A stretch of DNA of 64,000 bases from NCBI GenBank assembly GCA_951406725.2, contig OX597822.1, positions 77,128,001 through 77,192,000 on the forward strand, written 5' to 3'. How positions within the stretch are numbered: position 1 is the stretch's first letter; each line of letters starts with the position of its first letter. The notes under the pieces were generated by a model, which saw nothing but the letters and a program-made list of their open reading frames with translations, was not told the origin of the DNA and made no database searches. This DNA comes from Octopus vulgaris. Lineage: Eukaryota. The position numbers and the translations under genes were made by a program. Of this stretch, positions 14,032 through 27,840 are shown in pieces.

Positions 14032-14409
14032 GCGAGAGAGAGAGAGTGAGTGAAAGAGAGAGAGTGTGAAAGAGAGAGAAAGAGACAGTGGTATAAAGAC
14101 AGACGGCTAGATACACAGAGGTACACATCTAAGCACACACCGAACGCAAACTGAGAGTTTGGCCTCAGGAAGTTTCTAAACGGATACGAACATCTGTTAA
14201 CCATCTCTAAGCACCTGTCAGTTGTGAAAGACGTCTGCTTCAGACTCCATAGGTGTCTGAGTTATCCATTGTAAGTTATTACAAATAGCCAACTGGCATT
14301 TCCATTATAGGTTTTCTAAGATTTAGGGTGGTTGCAGGAGTTCAACCAACACCCACCCATACACACACACCCCCACACACACTTGTACACTCATATTTAT
14401 ATGTATATA

Positions 14410-14467
<58 letters not shown>

Positions 14468-14506
14468 TATATATATATACACACTTATATATATTCTTTT
14501 ATTCTT

Positions 14507-14679
14507 TTTATTCTTTTACTTGTTTTAGTCATTTGACTGCGACCATGCTGCAGTACCGCCTTTAGTCAAACAAATCGACTCCAGGACTTATTGGTCATTT
14601 ACCGAACCGCTAGGTTACGGGGACGTAAACACACCAATATAGGTTGTCACGCGATGGCTGGTGGACAAACACAGGTACA

Positions 14680-14755
<76 letters not shown>

Positions 14756-14912
14756 ACGGGCTTCTTTCGGTTTCCGTCTACCAAATCCACTCACAAGGCT
14801 TTGGTCGGCCCGAGGCTATAGTAGAAGACACTTGCCCAAGGTGCTACACAGTGAGGCTGAACCCGGAACTATGTAGTTGGGAAGCAAGCTTCTTGCCACA
14901 CAGCCACTCCTA
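14507..14912 (-). mobile_element. SINE family A
   Basis: Matches the other family A copies. Confidence 0.8.
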
Positions 14913-14921
14913 TATATAAAA

Positions 14922-15227
14922 CTGGGACTCCGTTTTATAGTTGATCCGATCAACGAAACAGTTTGCTCGTGAGATTAACGTGCAAGTGGTTGAGTTCGCC
15001 ACAGACCACATACACGCGTTCCCTTTCACATACTTCTCAGAGAAATTCAGCGGGACACAGAGTGTGACAAGGCTGGCCCTTGATATACAAGTACTACTCA
15101 TCTTTGCCAGCTGAGTGGACTGGAGCAACATGGAATAAAGAGTCTTGCTCAAGGACACAACGCGCTGTCAGTAAACGAAATCGCGACCCAGCGATCACGA
15201 TCCGAATACCCTAACCACTAAGCCACG

Positions 15228-15228
<1 letters not shown>
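14922..15228 (-). mobile_element. SINE, head D + tail T1
   Basis: gcgtggcttagtggttaggg head; central gtgtccttgagcaagac...tccactcagctggcaaa; same tail as 840-1020. Confidence 0.75.
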
Positions 15229-15313
<85 letters not shown>

Positions 15314-15361
15314 TGCGCACGCACACACAGACACATGTATATAACATGGGAAAATGCGAGC

Positions 15362-15757
15362 AGGCGTAGGAGTGGCTGCGTGGTAAATAGCTTGCTTATG
15401 AACCACATGGTTCCGGGTTCAGTCCCACTGCGTTGCACCTTGGGCGAGTGTCTTCTACTATAGCCTCGGGCCGATCAAAGCCTTGTGAATGGATTTGGTA
15501 GACGGAAACTGAAAAGAAGCCCGTCGTATATATGTATATATATACGTGTGTGTGTGTGTTTGTGTCTGCGTTTGTCCCTCCAACACCGCTTGACAACCGT
15601 TACTGGTGTGTTTACGTCTCCGTAACTTAGCGGTTTGGTAAAAGAGGTCGACAGAATAAGTACTTGGCTTACAAAGAATAAGTCCTGGGGTCGATTTATT
15701 CGAATAAAGGCGGTGCTCCAGCATGGCCACAGTCAAATTATTGAAACAAGTAAAAGA

Positions 15758-15760
<3 letters not shown>
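15362..15760 (+). mobile_element. SINE family A, full length
   Basis: aggcgtaggagtggctgcgtggtaa (A box)...ccgggttcagtccc (B box)...internal (TA/TG)n...ctccagcatggccacagtcaaa...aagtaaaagag tail. Confidence 0.85.
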
Positions 15761-15826
<66 letters not shown>

Positions 15827-15832
15827 TGTATA

Positions 15833-16638
15833 TAACATGGAAAAATGCGAGCAAGAAAATTAATATTCTTAAGATTATAAACCTGGAAAATTACAGGAAA
15901 AGTTCGGAACAACTTAATACATCTGGTAAAGTACAGACCAAGTAAACTTTTACTTAAAATTTTGCGGCAAAGTGTAAAATATTTAGATTTTGAAAATATT
16001 AGTTTTTATTAAAATTTAAAATTTCATTACAAGTTATTACTGCTATTTTTTACTTGTAAAATTTTTTTTAAATAACTCAAAATAGTTTTTGCACTTTAAA
16101 AAAAACTAATTAAAAAAAAGTATTAATTGATAATTAGAAATTTGAAAATAGGTTATAAAAAATAATCGTAGTACATAATTAGTACAATAAATAGAATAAT
16201 ACAAAAATTAGTTATATATCTACCTATCACAATAAATTCACAGTAAAATTTGCTTGACTTATTGCCAAGTCTTCACATTTTTGCCTATTTTTTACATAAT
16301 GAATTTGCCTACCATATATACTATTCTATTTTGCATAAAACTTTAGCTATATTGGTACTTCTGGTTTTCATTTTTAAAGAACTCAAGTGTGTCAATAATT
16401 TAACAAAATGATGGTACATTTTTTAATTATAGTGTTGTTTCGTAAATTAGGATCAAATATTCTTTAATATTCAAATTTTATCCTTACCTGCAATATTTCT
16501 GAGTAAAAATTTTCTTCTTCTGTACTCTATCAGATGCAATAAGTTGTCCTGAACTTTTCCAAGTGTAATAACTTGTCCTATAATTTTCCAGGTTTATAAT
16601 CTTAAGAATATTATTTCTCTTGCTCGCATTTTCCATGT
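15833..16638. mobile_element. AT-rich MITE-like element with ~110-bp imperfect inverted termini
   Basis: 15833-15937 is the reverse complement of 16519-16638 (catggaaaaatgcgagcaag...cttaagattataaacctggaaaatta). Confidence 0.55.
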
Positions 16639-18682
16639 AATCCATGTTTTTTCCAGGATATGCTATTATGATTATCAATAATGAGTCAAATAGCGGAGTC
16701 GTTGATATTTTTTCCTTACCTTAATGACGCCGGTGACATATATTAAATGCCCCTTATAGAATTATAGAACTATATTCATAAAAAAGTATCGAACCCTCAA
16801 ATTTGAGAATCAAACACTCATAATTTTTTTTTCTTTTAAAACTTCACTGCCTCAGATTGATACCATGAAATTCCTTGAATTGAGCTCTATCACTTAAGCT
16901 TAATTAAAATATAGCTTAGTTTTTTTAAATAAAAAAGAACGTTAATTACATTTATAACTTCAGTCAAATTATATGTAAACATAATGTGACCTACTGCCTA
17001 AAATTTTCCTTCCTTTAAAAACCCCTCATAAGAACGAATATATTCACCTATCCACCATTGGACGAAATAACATGGATATTATAAAACATCACGGGAAGTC
17101 TGTATCTTATCCCCCCTGGCTATGCCCAAACCATTATACTAAAATGTACTTCACTTGTATCATCGTGTTTGTTCTGATTATTACACTTATTCTTTTTGTG
17201 CTCTATTTTAAAAAAGGCAAACACATTGTAGCTATTGTTAACTGACTTTTATATATGTGTTAGCCCTCGCAACCACTGAGACCCTCTTAAGAAGCCTAGA
17301 GGCAATTTCATTATTCAAGTCTTATCTACTCATCTCTACATAACATTGACGAGATGGAGATTACCTGGAAGATTTCGTTGCCTCTTGGCAGAAACGGCCG
17401 TAAGGAACTAGCACCTACACACCCATTCGGTTTTATAGACAATCTCTTCATTAGCTCATTTGCTCATTTGCTCATCTACTCAATTGATCACTCGTTCCTA
17501 TATGCTTATATGCTTCCACACCCTTCTTTTTGCAATTACCAATTACTAACACTTTCCATTTGATAATCCGTACCACTAATACATGTGTGTGCATCAATCC
17601 AATACATTGGAATAAATAGACTTACTGGAATGTTTACAGGCTGATGTCTGTCGATTTCATATCCTCTCCACTTTCTTATTTGCCGTATAAATTAAGGGTA
17701 AACCTCTTTCTGCCCCCGCCCATATATAACACTCGATTGCGAGATTCCCACGCAATAACTAGCACTTGGGTATGAATAACTGAGTACACTACCAGCAGTA
17801 TATTGGATAGGCACTATCCCTTAGTTTGTTGGTTTCCCAACCTCTAACTCTCACAGAAATTATATATATATATATATATATGCGCGCGTGTGTGTGTGTA
17901 TGATGCATATATGTATATATATATATATACACACACATACGTATATTCATAGCATATTTACAGACACACACAAACACACATATATAACATGCATGCTTAC
18001 ATACATAACATATTCACGTACATACATGCATACATACATACATACATACATACATACATACATACATACATACATACACGTCATTATTTATAGAAATACT
18101 GATGAGATTCCGAACTTTCTAGAAATAAATTTCCAGTTGATTTTTCAATTATTCTTGGAATGACAATATTTACCTTATTCGTGAAAGTCATTTAAAGAAT
18201 GAAATTTAAGATGAAGAAATTTCGGTCTTTAGTTGTCTTTATAAATTGAAGTTGAGCTAATTATTAACTTCATTCATTAATAAAATTTTAATAATCATTT
18301 ATTATGAATTTTGAGAAAGAACTGTTCCATCCGGCTTCTAAATGTTTTAAATATTTTTTAAAGTTTTCACCTACAAAAATCTAAAATTCAGAATTTCTCA
18401 CAAGATTATTGAAAATGACTGCGTGTATGGAGGTGACACGTATAATGTGTGTGTGTGAGTGTGTGTGTATGTGTGGGTGTGTGTGCTTTTATGTTCGGTT
18501 ATAATAAAAACAATTTTGTATTAATCTGATCGGGTGCTCTATACTTTTGTTGAGTGCAAATTTATCATTCCGAAACAAGAAAAGTATTGACAGTAACTTC
18601 GAAGCTTCGACTGCCTACGCTGGTTTAATTGACCGACACTATCAATATTCTTGTTGAAGAAGAATATGTATATGTGTATATA

Positions 18683-19366
18683 TCCTCCCCTCCCCCCTCT
18701 CTTCTCTCCCCCTCTCACTCTCCCCACAACCCCCACTCTACCCCAACCCCCAGCCGAACCCACACCCCACATGAGCTTTCCCCACTCTCGCCCCCTACCT
18801 CCCCACAACATCACACCACACTACACTACACCATACAACATTACACATCACATCACAACACACCACCCACAGCACACCGCCCACACACCCATCCCCACAT
18901 CTTTACACCTACACATACATACACATATCACATCACAACACACCACTCACTCACCCATCCCCATATCTCCACACCCACACATACATACACACGTCCAGAC
19001 CACCAGCCCTCTTTCACACGCACATACATACTCTCTTATACTCACACGCACCTTTGTGTTTGGGCCACCTTCGTTTTGGATGTCACTTGACCCTGTTATC
19101 TCCCCTACTGTCCCTCTAGCGTCTAACGTCTGACCTCTGACCTCTGACCTCTGCCTGAAGTCAGAACGCCATGATAGATCGTTAGCTCCTACACGCATTT
19201 TTTTCTCTCCTTGTTTTTTTTCTGTGTATCTTTCTGTCGAAGAGCGTAGGCTCGAAACGTAAAAGACTTGTTCTATTTCTATTCCTGAGCGCCATACTAA
19301 TACATTTGTTTGTTTGTACTCCACCTGCCTTCGTCTTTTGTTTATTTTCATAAACCTTCCCGTTAT
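18683..19366 (+). mobile_element. 3' end of a Penelope-like element (C/A-rich tract + HHR pseudo-LTR)
   Basis: Same architecture as 8600-9265; the pLTR is close to the reverse complement of 46385-46605; TA-flanked. Confidence 0.75.
19229..19266 (+). ncRNA. Minimal type I hammerhead-like motif, A6U variant
   Basis: tcttt-CTGTCGA-a-gagc(gtag)gctc-GAAAC-GTA-aaaga; stems I and II pair perfectly. Confidence 0.65.
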
Positions 19367-19669
19367 ATATATGCACACACACACACACACATATATATAC
19401 ATAGGTGTGTTGTATGTGCATGTGTGTGTGCAGGGACAAGCCTAGCTGGGTCGTAAGAATGGTAAGAATTCTGTTTTTGGGCCATATGATTCCGAGTTCA
19501 GACCCACAGCCTGCACCTTGAGGAAGATGTCGTCTGTAGGCGCGGGCCGAGCTTGTGAGCGGATTTTCTACACGGAAATAGCTCGTTGTGTGTATACATA
19601 TATGTATATATGTGTATGTATAGATATACGTATATACCTATATATATATATATACATGTGTGTGTGTGT

Positions 19670-19705
<36 letters not shown>

Positions 19706-19729
19706 TGTATATGTATATCTATCTTAATA

Positions 19730-20630
19730 TATACTACTAATATAGGATGAAGTTTTTTCTCTACAGAAAAAAAATCCATCAAGAAATTTGGCAGCATATT
19801 AAAATACCTTTACGGTTAAAATTATAAACAACTTATAAGTAAGGGCTAAAGAAAATTATTTCAAAGCCAATATGCTGATAACAGACTATTAAATCGTCAA
19901 TTTCCACATATAATCTACTCGCTACAGCAAAAATCGAACTGAAGTCGGGCAAACTGGCCGTTAGAATATTTAAATTTCGTTATCTCTATATTGAATCAAT
20001 TTCGGAATTAATCTCATAAAAGATTTATTCGTCTTCAGTAGAGCTTACGAGAGAATATAAATAAGATACTTACATGCGCCCATGGAAAAAGCCGAAGCAA
20101 AAAAAATGAGTACATTTAAGTACCTCAGTTATATCTAAAAATAAAAATTCTTTGGTCAGCCTCAGTACAACGTGTTGACTGCTCGCCACTACAGGTTATA
20201 GTTGTTACCAGTCCCTATAGCGAGTAGTAATAAGTCTACTACTAATATAGGATGAAGTTTTTTTCTCTACAGAAAAAAATTCCATCAAAAAATGTGGCAG
20301 CATATTAAAATACCTTTACGCTTAAAATTAAAAACAACTTATAAGTAAGGGCTAAAGAAAATTATTTCAAAGCCAATATGCTGATAACAGGCTATTAAAT
20401 CGTCAATTTCCACATATAATCTACTCGCTACGACGAATAAATCTTTTATGAGATTAATTCCGAAATTGATTCAATATAGAGATAACGAAATTTAAATATT
20501 CTAACGGCCAGTTTGCCCGACTTCAGTTCAATTTTTGCTGTAGCGAGTAGATTATATGTGGAAATTGACGATCTGTTATCAGCATATTGGCTTTGAAATA
20601 ATTTTCTTTAGCCCTTACTCATAAGTTATC

Positions 20631-20635
<5 letters not shown>
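19730..20635. repeat. Local direct plus inverted duplication
   Basis: 19733-19925 is repeated at 20238-20431; 20432-20627 is the reverse complement of about 19830-20034. Confidence 0.9.
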
Positions 20636-20697
<62 letters not shown>

Positions 20698-20742
20698 GCA
20701 GATTGACAGACGGGCAGACAGACCGATAGATAGGTAGGTAGG

Positions 20743-20823
<81 letters not shown>

Positions 20824-21488
20824 CCAAAGCGTAAATCAGTTGCATTCCTATTGCCATTACCATTACGAATATGAAATATGTACAACATGAGGAATTGCTC
20901 AATTATTAATGTATAAAATATCGTCCATGCACAAACTAATGATAAAGCGAGTAACAAATACACCGAAGAAGGAATATGGCATCCATGCTAATGTGTATGA
21001 GCACACGCGTGTGCGTATACACTAATAATATACAGCGGCTACATGCAAATTTATGTGCGTTTATGTGTAGCAAAAGAGAGGGAAAAGAAAGAGAAAAGGA
21101 TGACGTAGACAAACAGACTGACAGAAGGGAATTTCTCAGGAGTTTTGAAGTTACATCTCAGATTTGTCACTCTAGGCCAGCGCATGCGTACAAACCAATG
21201 CGGCTTATAAATATGCCGTGGAAATTCTGAATGGGACTAAATATTTCATAGGGACTACAATGAACGCCGTGACCTCCTGAAACAGCACATCGCAATATTT
21301 TGGCATTCTTTCTCTAACCCGAAACTTATCAACTTCACGAGCGGAATATATTCGTAATGCAGCTGATACAGAGTCTTCTGACATTCTGGCAGCTTACTTA
21401 GTCAGGGCCGAAAGTTCGGAACATTTTTTCAAAATTTAAAATTGTTATGCTCAACTACAAATCGATACAAATATATGGAACATATATA

Positions 21489-21913
21489 CTCTTTTACTCT
21501 TTTACTTGTGTCTGTCATTTGGCTGTGGCCATGCTGGAGCACCGCCTTTAGTCGAGCAAATCGACCCCAGAACTTATTCTTTGGAGGTCTAGTACTTATT
21601 CTGTCGGTCACTTTTGCCGAACCGCTAAGTTACGGGGACATAAACACACCAGCAACAGTTGTCAAGCGATGTTGGCGGGTGGGGGTGGGGGCAAACACAG
21701 ACACACAAGCATATACACACACATACATATATAAAAATGTACATATATACGACGGGCTTCTTTCAGTTTCTGTCTATCAAATCCACTCACAAGGCTTTTG
21801 TCGGCCCGAGGCTATAGTAGAAGACACTCGCCTAAGGTTCCACGCAGTGGGACTGAACCTGGAACCATGTGGTTCGTAAGCAAGCTACTTACCACACAGC
21901 CACTCCTACGCCT
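21489..21913 (-). mobile_element. SINE family A, full length
   Basis: Matches the other family A copies. Confidence 0.85.
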
Positions 21914-22608
21914 ATATATTGGGGAATTTTATATAAAAATTCTAATTTTAAGACCTATGATCCAAACTTTTGGCCAATTAATAATATATTGCAAATTAAG
22001 TACAACTTTGGGCATTTGATAAAAAATTTTAATTTTCAGACCTATATTCCAAACTTTTGGCTACGACTGTATATCATGATCCCCAAGGTTCATAAGACCG
22101 GACATTAACTCGGTTTCCATGGTGTATAAATGACTGAAATTACAACAGTCCCACTTGAACGGAACGCTTGTCTGTCGCAGGTTTAACTTCCCAGCTGTTG
22201 TTGGGATTCGTTTACAGGTGAATGAATTGATGTAATATAAAATGAAATGTTTTATTTTTTTTACTCAAGAACACAACGCACCGCCCGATCCGGGAATTGA
22301 AACCACTATCTTAGGATCATGAGTGCAACATCCTTAAAATCCCCGTACCACTAATTATGTTGATTGTAAGGTTGACTGTAGTTTGACATGGTTTTTGGTG
22401 GGATATACCCTAACGGGGGCGATGGTAGGGTAAAGTTCCTGCGGGTTTCGCCCCAAAGAAGGTTAAGAGATTCTGTTAGCTTATAACCACTTACTTAATA
22501 AACAAAACGGGTTGGGATAGCTTTGCACTCATAAGAAATCTCGGACTTTCCACCACTGCTTTATTTGCCACAAGGTTGACTACTTGGTTGGTATTTTATT
22601 ACCTTCTA

Positions 22609-23024
22609 AGGCGGCGAGCTAGCTGAAACGTTAGCACGCCGGGTGAAATACTTAGCGGTATTTCGTCTGCCGTTACGTCCTGAGTTCAAATTCCGCCGAG
22701 GTCGACTTTGCCTTTCATCCTTTCGGGGTCGATTAAATAAGTACCAGTTACGCACTGGGGTCGATATAACCGACTTAATCCATTTGTCTGTCCTTGTTTG
22801 TCCTCTCTGTGTTTAGCCTCTTGTGGGTAGTAAAGAAATAGGTATTTCGTCTGCCGCTACGTTCTGAGTTCAAATTCCGCCGAGTTCGACTTTGCCTTTC
22901 ATCCTGTCGGGGTCGATAAATTAAGTACCAGTTACGCACTGGGGTCGATATAATCGACTTAATACCTTTGTCTGTCCTTGTTTGTCCCCTCTAAGTTTAG
23001 CCCCTTGTGGGTAATAAAGAAATG
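22609..23024 (+). mobile_element. SINE family B (Meta-domain-like), full copy plus partial tandem copy
   Basis: tRNA-like head with gagttcaaattcc B box; central gtcgactttgcctttcatcctttcggggtcgataaattaagtaccag resembles the MetaSINE domain; 18-bp TSD at 22590-22607 / 23025-23042. Confidence 0.8.
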
Positions 23025-23099
23025 GGTATTTTATTATCTTCTGAAGGACTGTTAAAGCGCCTAACAACAATAAACAAAATTTAAAATACTTCTTGTCCT

Positions 23100-23830
23100 A
23101 CAAATTTAGCATCACCTCCGGCCATGCATTAAATAATATACGCTGACTGTTCCACAGGGTTAGTATACTGCGTTGCAGCAATTGAATACAATTTTCAGCT
23201 CCTATTTCATCCAGTATACGATTCTTTAAATAATCTGGTAAACTTGAAGCTGTTCATCTTTTTTCTGAGAATTACTAATATTTGTAACAAGTCCTGCTAG
23301 AACTGAATCGTAATGGGCCAGTAGTTTCATGGTCCTCATGAATTTTCCCTTATCAATGTTGCTGATTCAGTGGGATGAGCTACAGAAAGAAAATCCTCTT
23401 CATCTATGAAAAATTACTACATCAGTTATCTTAGTAATTATATTCCGCTGTTTGTCGGTATCGTTTATGCCTTGTGAGACATCGCATCAATCCTAGTATC
23501 ACTTTCTAACCTTCTCTGCAACTAACACCGAGCAAGATAACAGTTCTTGTATGCTGCACTGTTTTCATGTTCTACAGCCATGATTGAATGTGCTTTCGCA
23601 GCTGTGAGCCTACTCTATAACAGAAAAGTCTACAAAACAAGCAATACAAGGAATGCTTTCTATGGCTAAATACCAACCATTGTCGGCTCTCGTTTCTATC
23701 ATATGTTGGTTTGAATATGAGAAACCGATATTGCATATTCTAGTCCAGTAAAATCATTAGGCAAATCTTTTCGGTGTGGCAGGGACCCTTTCCAAATCCT
23801 ATCAGTTATGTTCCCTTTAGTAATAATATT
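23100..23830 (-). pseudogene. hAT (ZMYM1-like/TTF zinc finger) transposase remnant
   Basis: Minus frames give RQWLVFSHRKHSLYCLFCRLF and DKGKFMRTMKLLAHYDSVL (cf. NGNFxxLLxLLAxYDxVL); heavily disrupted. Confidence 0.55.
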
Positions 23831-24398
23831 TCAGAAGGAAAAATTAAATCTCAAACACTTTCAACATGTTTCCTGTTAAATGTCTTAAAGGTCTTTCGGC
23901 CTTCTTGAGCTGTTCTCCACGTGTTTTGTCTGTGTTTCTGAACTTTCCGGACAAGCCGGCATTTCATGTAAATCTTCTTCTATATCAAGCCTACTATCAT
24001 GACCATAGTCTCAGTCAGTTCTGGTACCGCCTGAGCCTGCTGAGGTAGATCCATGTATTGAATACCTATGATAGAGATCATGCTGGATTCCAACGTCAAA
24101 TAACGTCTGAAAACCCCTGATTACAGCCGTCTCCTTTCTTTGCTGTCTCTACTTGTGAACGCTTTTCTGTGGACTAGATTAGTGCTGTAAGATTAATACA
24201 CGATAGAAATCCTGAAAATTCTTGAAGGAATGAAAAAGATAAAAATTAACATCTAAGATCAAAAATATAAACACTCGTCTGCAATTTCAGTCAACAATTC
24301 ATTGAATTTTTGAACAAAAATTTTAGGACAATGAGGCTTCACATTTCTTAAGCTTTTACTCTTCTGCCCATAATTTCAGACTACCCGCCAGTATCTAT

Positions 24399-25050
24399 CA
24401 GGGTCCAATTAAGACCCATAGAGGCCCTAAAGACTTAAAAGATTTTGGTGCCCTCATAGATATGTAATTCAAAACATAAATAGTAATAAACCAGAAAATA
24501 AATTTTTATTTTCCAGAATCAAACAAAAGTAACAATAAAGATAGATAATGTTTATTTTTGTATACTTCCATTTTATATTTAAAAAGGGTTTTCCTACATC
24601 TTTTAATTCTTAAGTCTTTGATCAGATCCTCCAGAACTAATCTTATGTAACACATCTGCTTCGATACTTTGTTGAAATAAGGCATCCCGAATATCATTTT
24701 AGCAAGTTTAAAGTGATTTCTTTCGTGCCGTAAATCATTTACCATTTTTTTGGTGTCTCCATCTTCTCTTGATGCTCTAAGCACGTGATTATTTTGGTTA
24801 ATGGTTAATCCAGTGCTGATATCTGTGTAGTATCCTCCTAATGCCCTATTACAGAAGCAAAACATTATCGTAACTTCATCATACACTTTCCTATTCTAAG
24901 AAAGTATAAAGCAATTTAAAGAAGCAAGTTAGGCAACAACAATAACAAAAAAAAAAAAGGTGACAACTTCAATATTTGTCTTTTGGATAATTGAATAAAT
25001 GAGAGAGCTACCACGAGATAACTTAAACCTAACCGACTTAGAAATAAGAA
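24399..25050 (-). mobile_element. hAT remnant with a cagggtcc...gaggccc terminus
   Basis: cagggtccaattaagacccatagaggccctaa resembles hAT-type termini; the minus ORF has an FNKVSKQM segment typical of hAT transposases. Confidence 0.4.
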
Positions 25051-25996
25051 AAAATACGTGAAATAGCGTTGCCTAAGATACATAACGTTTCCAAAAAAGA
25101 CAGGATTGTCACCGCTGGAACGTCTTTGACCATACGCATGCGCTGTCAGGGGTAACCCTGGGTTAAACAACTCAACAACAACAACAATGGTTGATTCATT
25201 TCATTGGAGCAATATTGTCAAATTGAAGAGTATATATTCCATATTCGACATGTCTTGCCGACCCCGGAGAGGTGTAAAACAATGATGAACTACACCAGGA
25301 TTCGAACTCAAGCGGTAGAATAGGGAATTAACTATATTGTAACGCATTCCCTCCGGTTCCCTGCCAATTATGCCACTACACTACTTAAGGCACTGAAAAA
25401 TAATTAACAGGCTGACAAACAAATTGAAGAAAAAATAGAGTAAAAATGGCTTCACAAATTTGTTAAAAATAGAAAACGCCTGATATAAATAGCACCCGTC
25501 TACTACCGCTCCCTTGAAGGCAAGTGGACACTCAAAGAAAGAGAGAGAGAGGGGGGGAGATGTGTGTGGGTGGGAGGTGGGAGGGAATAAATGTACAATC
25601 AAGAGCGCATGCGCTTAACCTCATACTCGTTCATCTCAAACAAATATTCTTTTACATTTGGTTACGTATGCATACACCAAAAGTACACAATGTTATCCAT
25701 ACTTATACTTAAAACCATTCTGATTCAACGCACATACGTAAACATAAACAGACACACAGACGCACGCACACACCCACATACCCACCCACACACACACACA
25801 GATGCATACGAACAGATGCATACGCTTACCTAGCTACATCCATCCATTCAACTATCCATCCATCCATACATACATATACACATACATAGTACGTACATAC
25901 ATACACACAGACACACACACACACGCGCATATATACATACATGCATACATACACGCATACATACACACATTCATATATACATACATACTTAGAGAC

Positions 25997-26077
<81 letters not shown>

Positions 26078-26618
26078 CAGCCAGACAAACAGACATATAC
26101 ATACATACATACATACATACATACATACATACATACATAACATAACATAACATAACATAACATAATATAACGTACACAGAAACAGTGATATTGACAAGCT
26201 TTATCTTGGAAGAAAAAATGGTAAAGAAACGGAAGATTTGTATAAACAGATTTTGAGTATTGTATGGTATCACTTTGACAGCATCTGCTAAACAACGGCA
26301 GCATAAATATACACATCAACCTAAGTACTCGAAAGAGAACAATATCCTGCAAATGGGTTGCGAACTCTTCAAGAAGCATTCACTTCCTGTTGACCTCCCA
26401 CGTGACCTTCAAAATTGCGGGACCGCCTTACCTCAACAAAGAACCGGTACAGAAACATCGAATGCCCAAAAAATATATGGTTGAGTATCAAAAACGTTGA
26501 GCTGGCTTAATTGTTAGCACGGTGGACAACGCGTTTAGCGATATTTCTTACAGCTCTTTATGTTCCGAGTTCAAATCCCACCATTGTCAATTTTGTCTTT
26601 TGTCCCTTCAGGGTCTGT

Positions 26619-26855
26619 CAGTGGTTCTCAATTATTTTTTGCTTGTTGGCCCCTTTGATTCGCAGTTTATATAGGGGAGGGGAAGCCCCATAGTCATTCA
26701 ATGTTTCTGTGATAATTTTATCATTAAATTTTATTTAGATTTGTTTAAATATTTTGTATATTGTAGAGATATAACCAGTTTATTGCACACAAATTTAACA
26801 ACAAAATCTTAAATGAACTTCTAAGCTTCATAAAGAACCCGGATGAGAACCACTG
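26619..26855. mobile_element. hAT/Charlie-like MITE nested in a family B SINE
   Basis: TIRs cagtggttctca / tgagaaccactg; right flank gtctaaac; SINE B sequence lies on both sides. Confidence 0.75.
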
Positions 26856-27257
26856 GTCTAAACAATAGAACATCAATCAAGTAGTGGGGTCGACATATTC
26901 AACTAGTTTCCTCTCTCCTCAAACTTTTCTGTCCTTGAGCCCTGCAATGGAAAATGGGATCTTGGTCACTTACACACAACGAAAACCAGATAACCAGCTT
27001 TAAGAGTCCTAGCATTCAAGAAAAATATAAAAAATGCTTCAGATAAACTTAAAGATGATTTCAAATTTTGACATAAGGCCAGCGAGTTCGAGGAAGGAAT
27101 GAGTTGACTACATAGACCTCAGGGGTCAAATGGTACTTATTTTATTGACCTCGAAAAAATAAAAGGCAGAATTGACCCCGGACGAATTTACATTCAGAAA
27201 CGCAATGACGGACGGAATAAGTCTGGGGCATTTTTCCCGGCGTGCTAATGATTCTGC

Positions 27258-27530
27258 CATAAGGGCCGGTTTCCCGGTTTCCTTGGCGTATAGGTTCCCC
27301 ACCTGGACGGGACGCTGGTCCGTCATAGGTGAGCTGCGAGATGCAGGAGGAAAGAGTGAGAGAAAGTTGTGGCGAAAGAGTCAGCAGAAGTTCGCCATTA
27401 CCTTCTGCCGGAGCCGCGTGGAGCTTAAGTGTTTCGCTCATAAACACACACATCGCCCGCTCTGAGATTCGAACCCGCGATCCCTCGACCGCGAGTCCGC
27501 TGCTCTATCCACTAGACCATGTGCCTCCAC
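27258..27530 (-). mobile_element. SINE, head C (tRNA-Arg-like) + tail T2
   Basis: Reverse complement of 34301-34520; abuts a family B SINE at 27060-27257. Confidence 0.8.
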
Positions 27531-27574
27531 TTAACCTGAAGCAGTTTCTCTGAAGTTCACGAATCGTTATATTA

Positions 27575-27840
27575 AGTGATTTCGAAGGTTATGCTTTGGC
27601 AATCCAAGAGCAGAAGACATCTGCAGAGCACTCGTTGAACAAAAGAGACAGTGACGCTTCTAAACATTCCCGATGCGCTCAAAAATGTCGCCTATGTTAA
27701 ACTTCTTTACGTATGAACAGCTGCTGCTCAAAAACGTCAAGGTACCATCTCCTACTGTGGAATACAACATACAGGAAAGGCTTTCCTGTGGTAAATAAAG
27801 AAAATAACACTGTTATTGAATACAGTCGTATCTCACGACT
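27575..27840 (+). pseudogene. R4/Dong-like LINE remnant (zinc-knuckle region)
   Basis: FEGYALAIQEQKTSAEHSLNKRD...KCRLC* resembles the 'EGxxxAIQEQ...CRLC' motif preceding the RLE domain. Confidence 0.6.

Noticed and set aside
18099-18140. CTGATGA...GAAA hammerhead candidate
   Set aside because: No convincing stem I or stem II.
21442-22019. Recurrent peptides such as PSTKSTHKAL, YQIHSQGF and AEPLSYGD
   Set aside because: They are translations of SINE family A copies, not a protein family.
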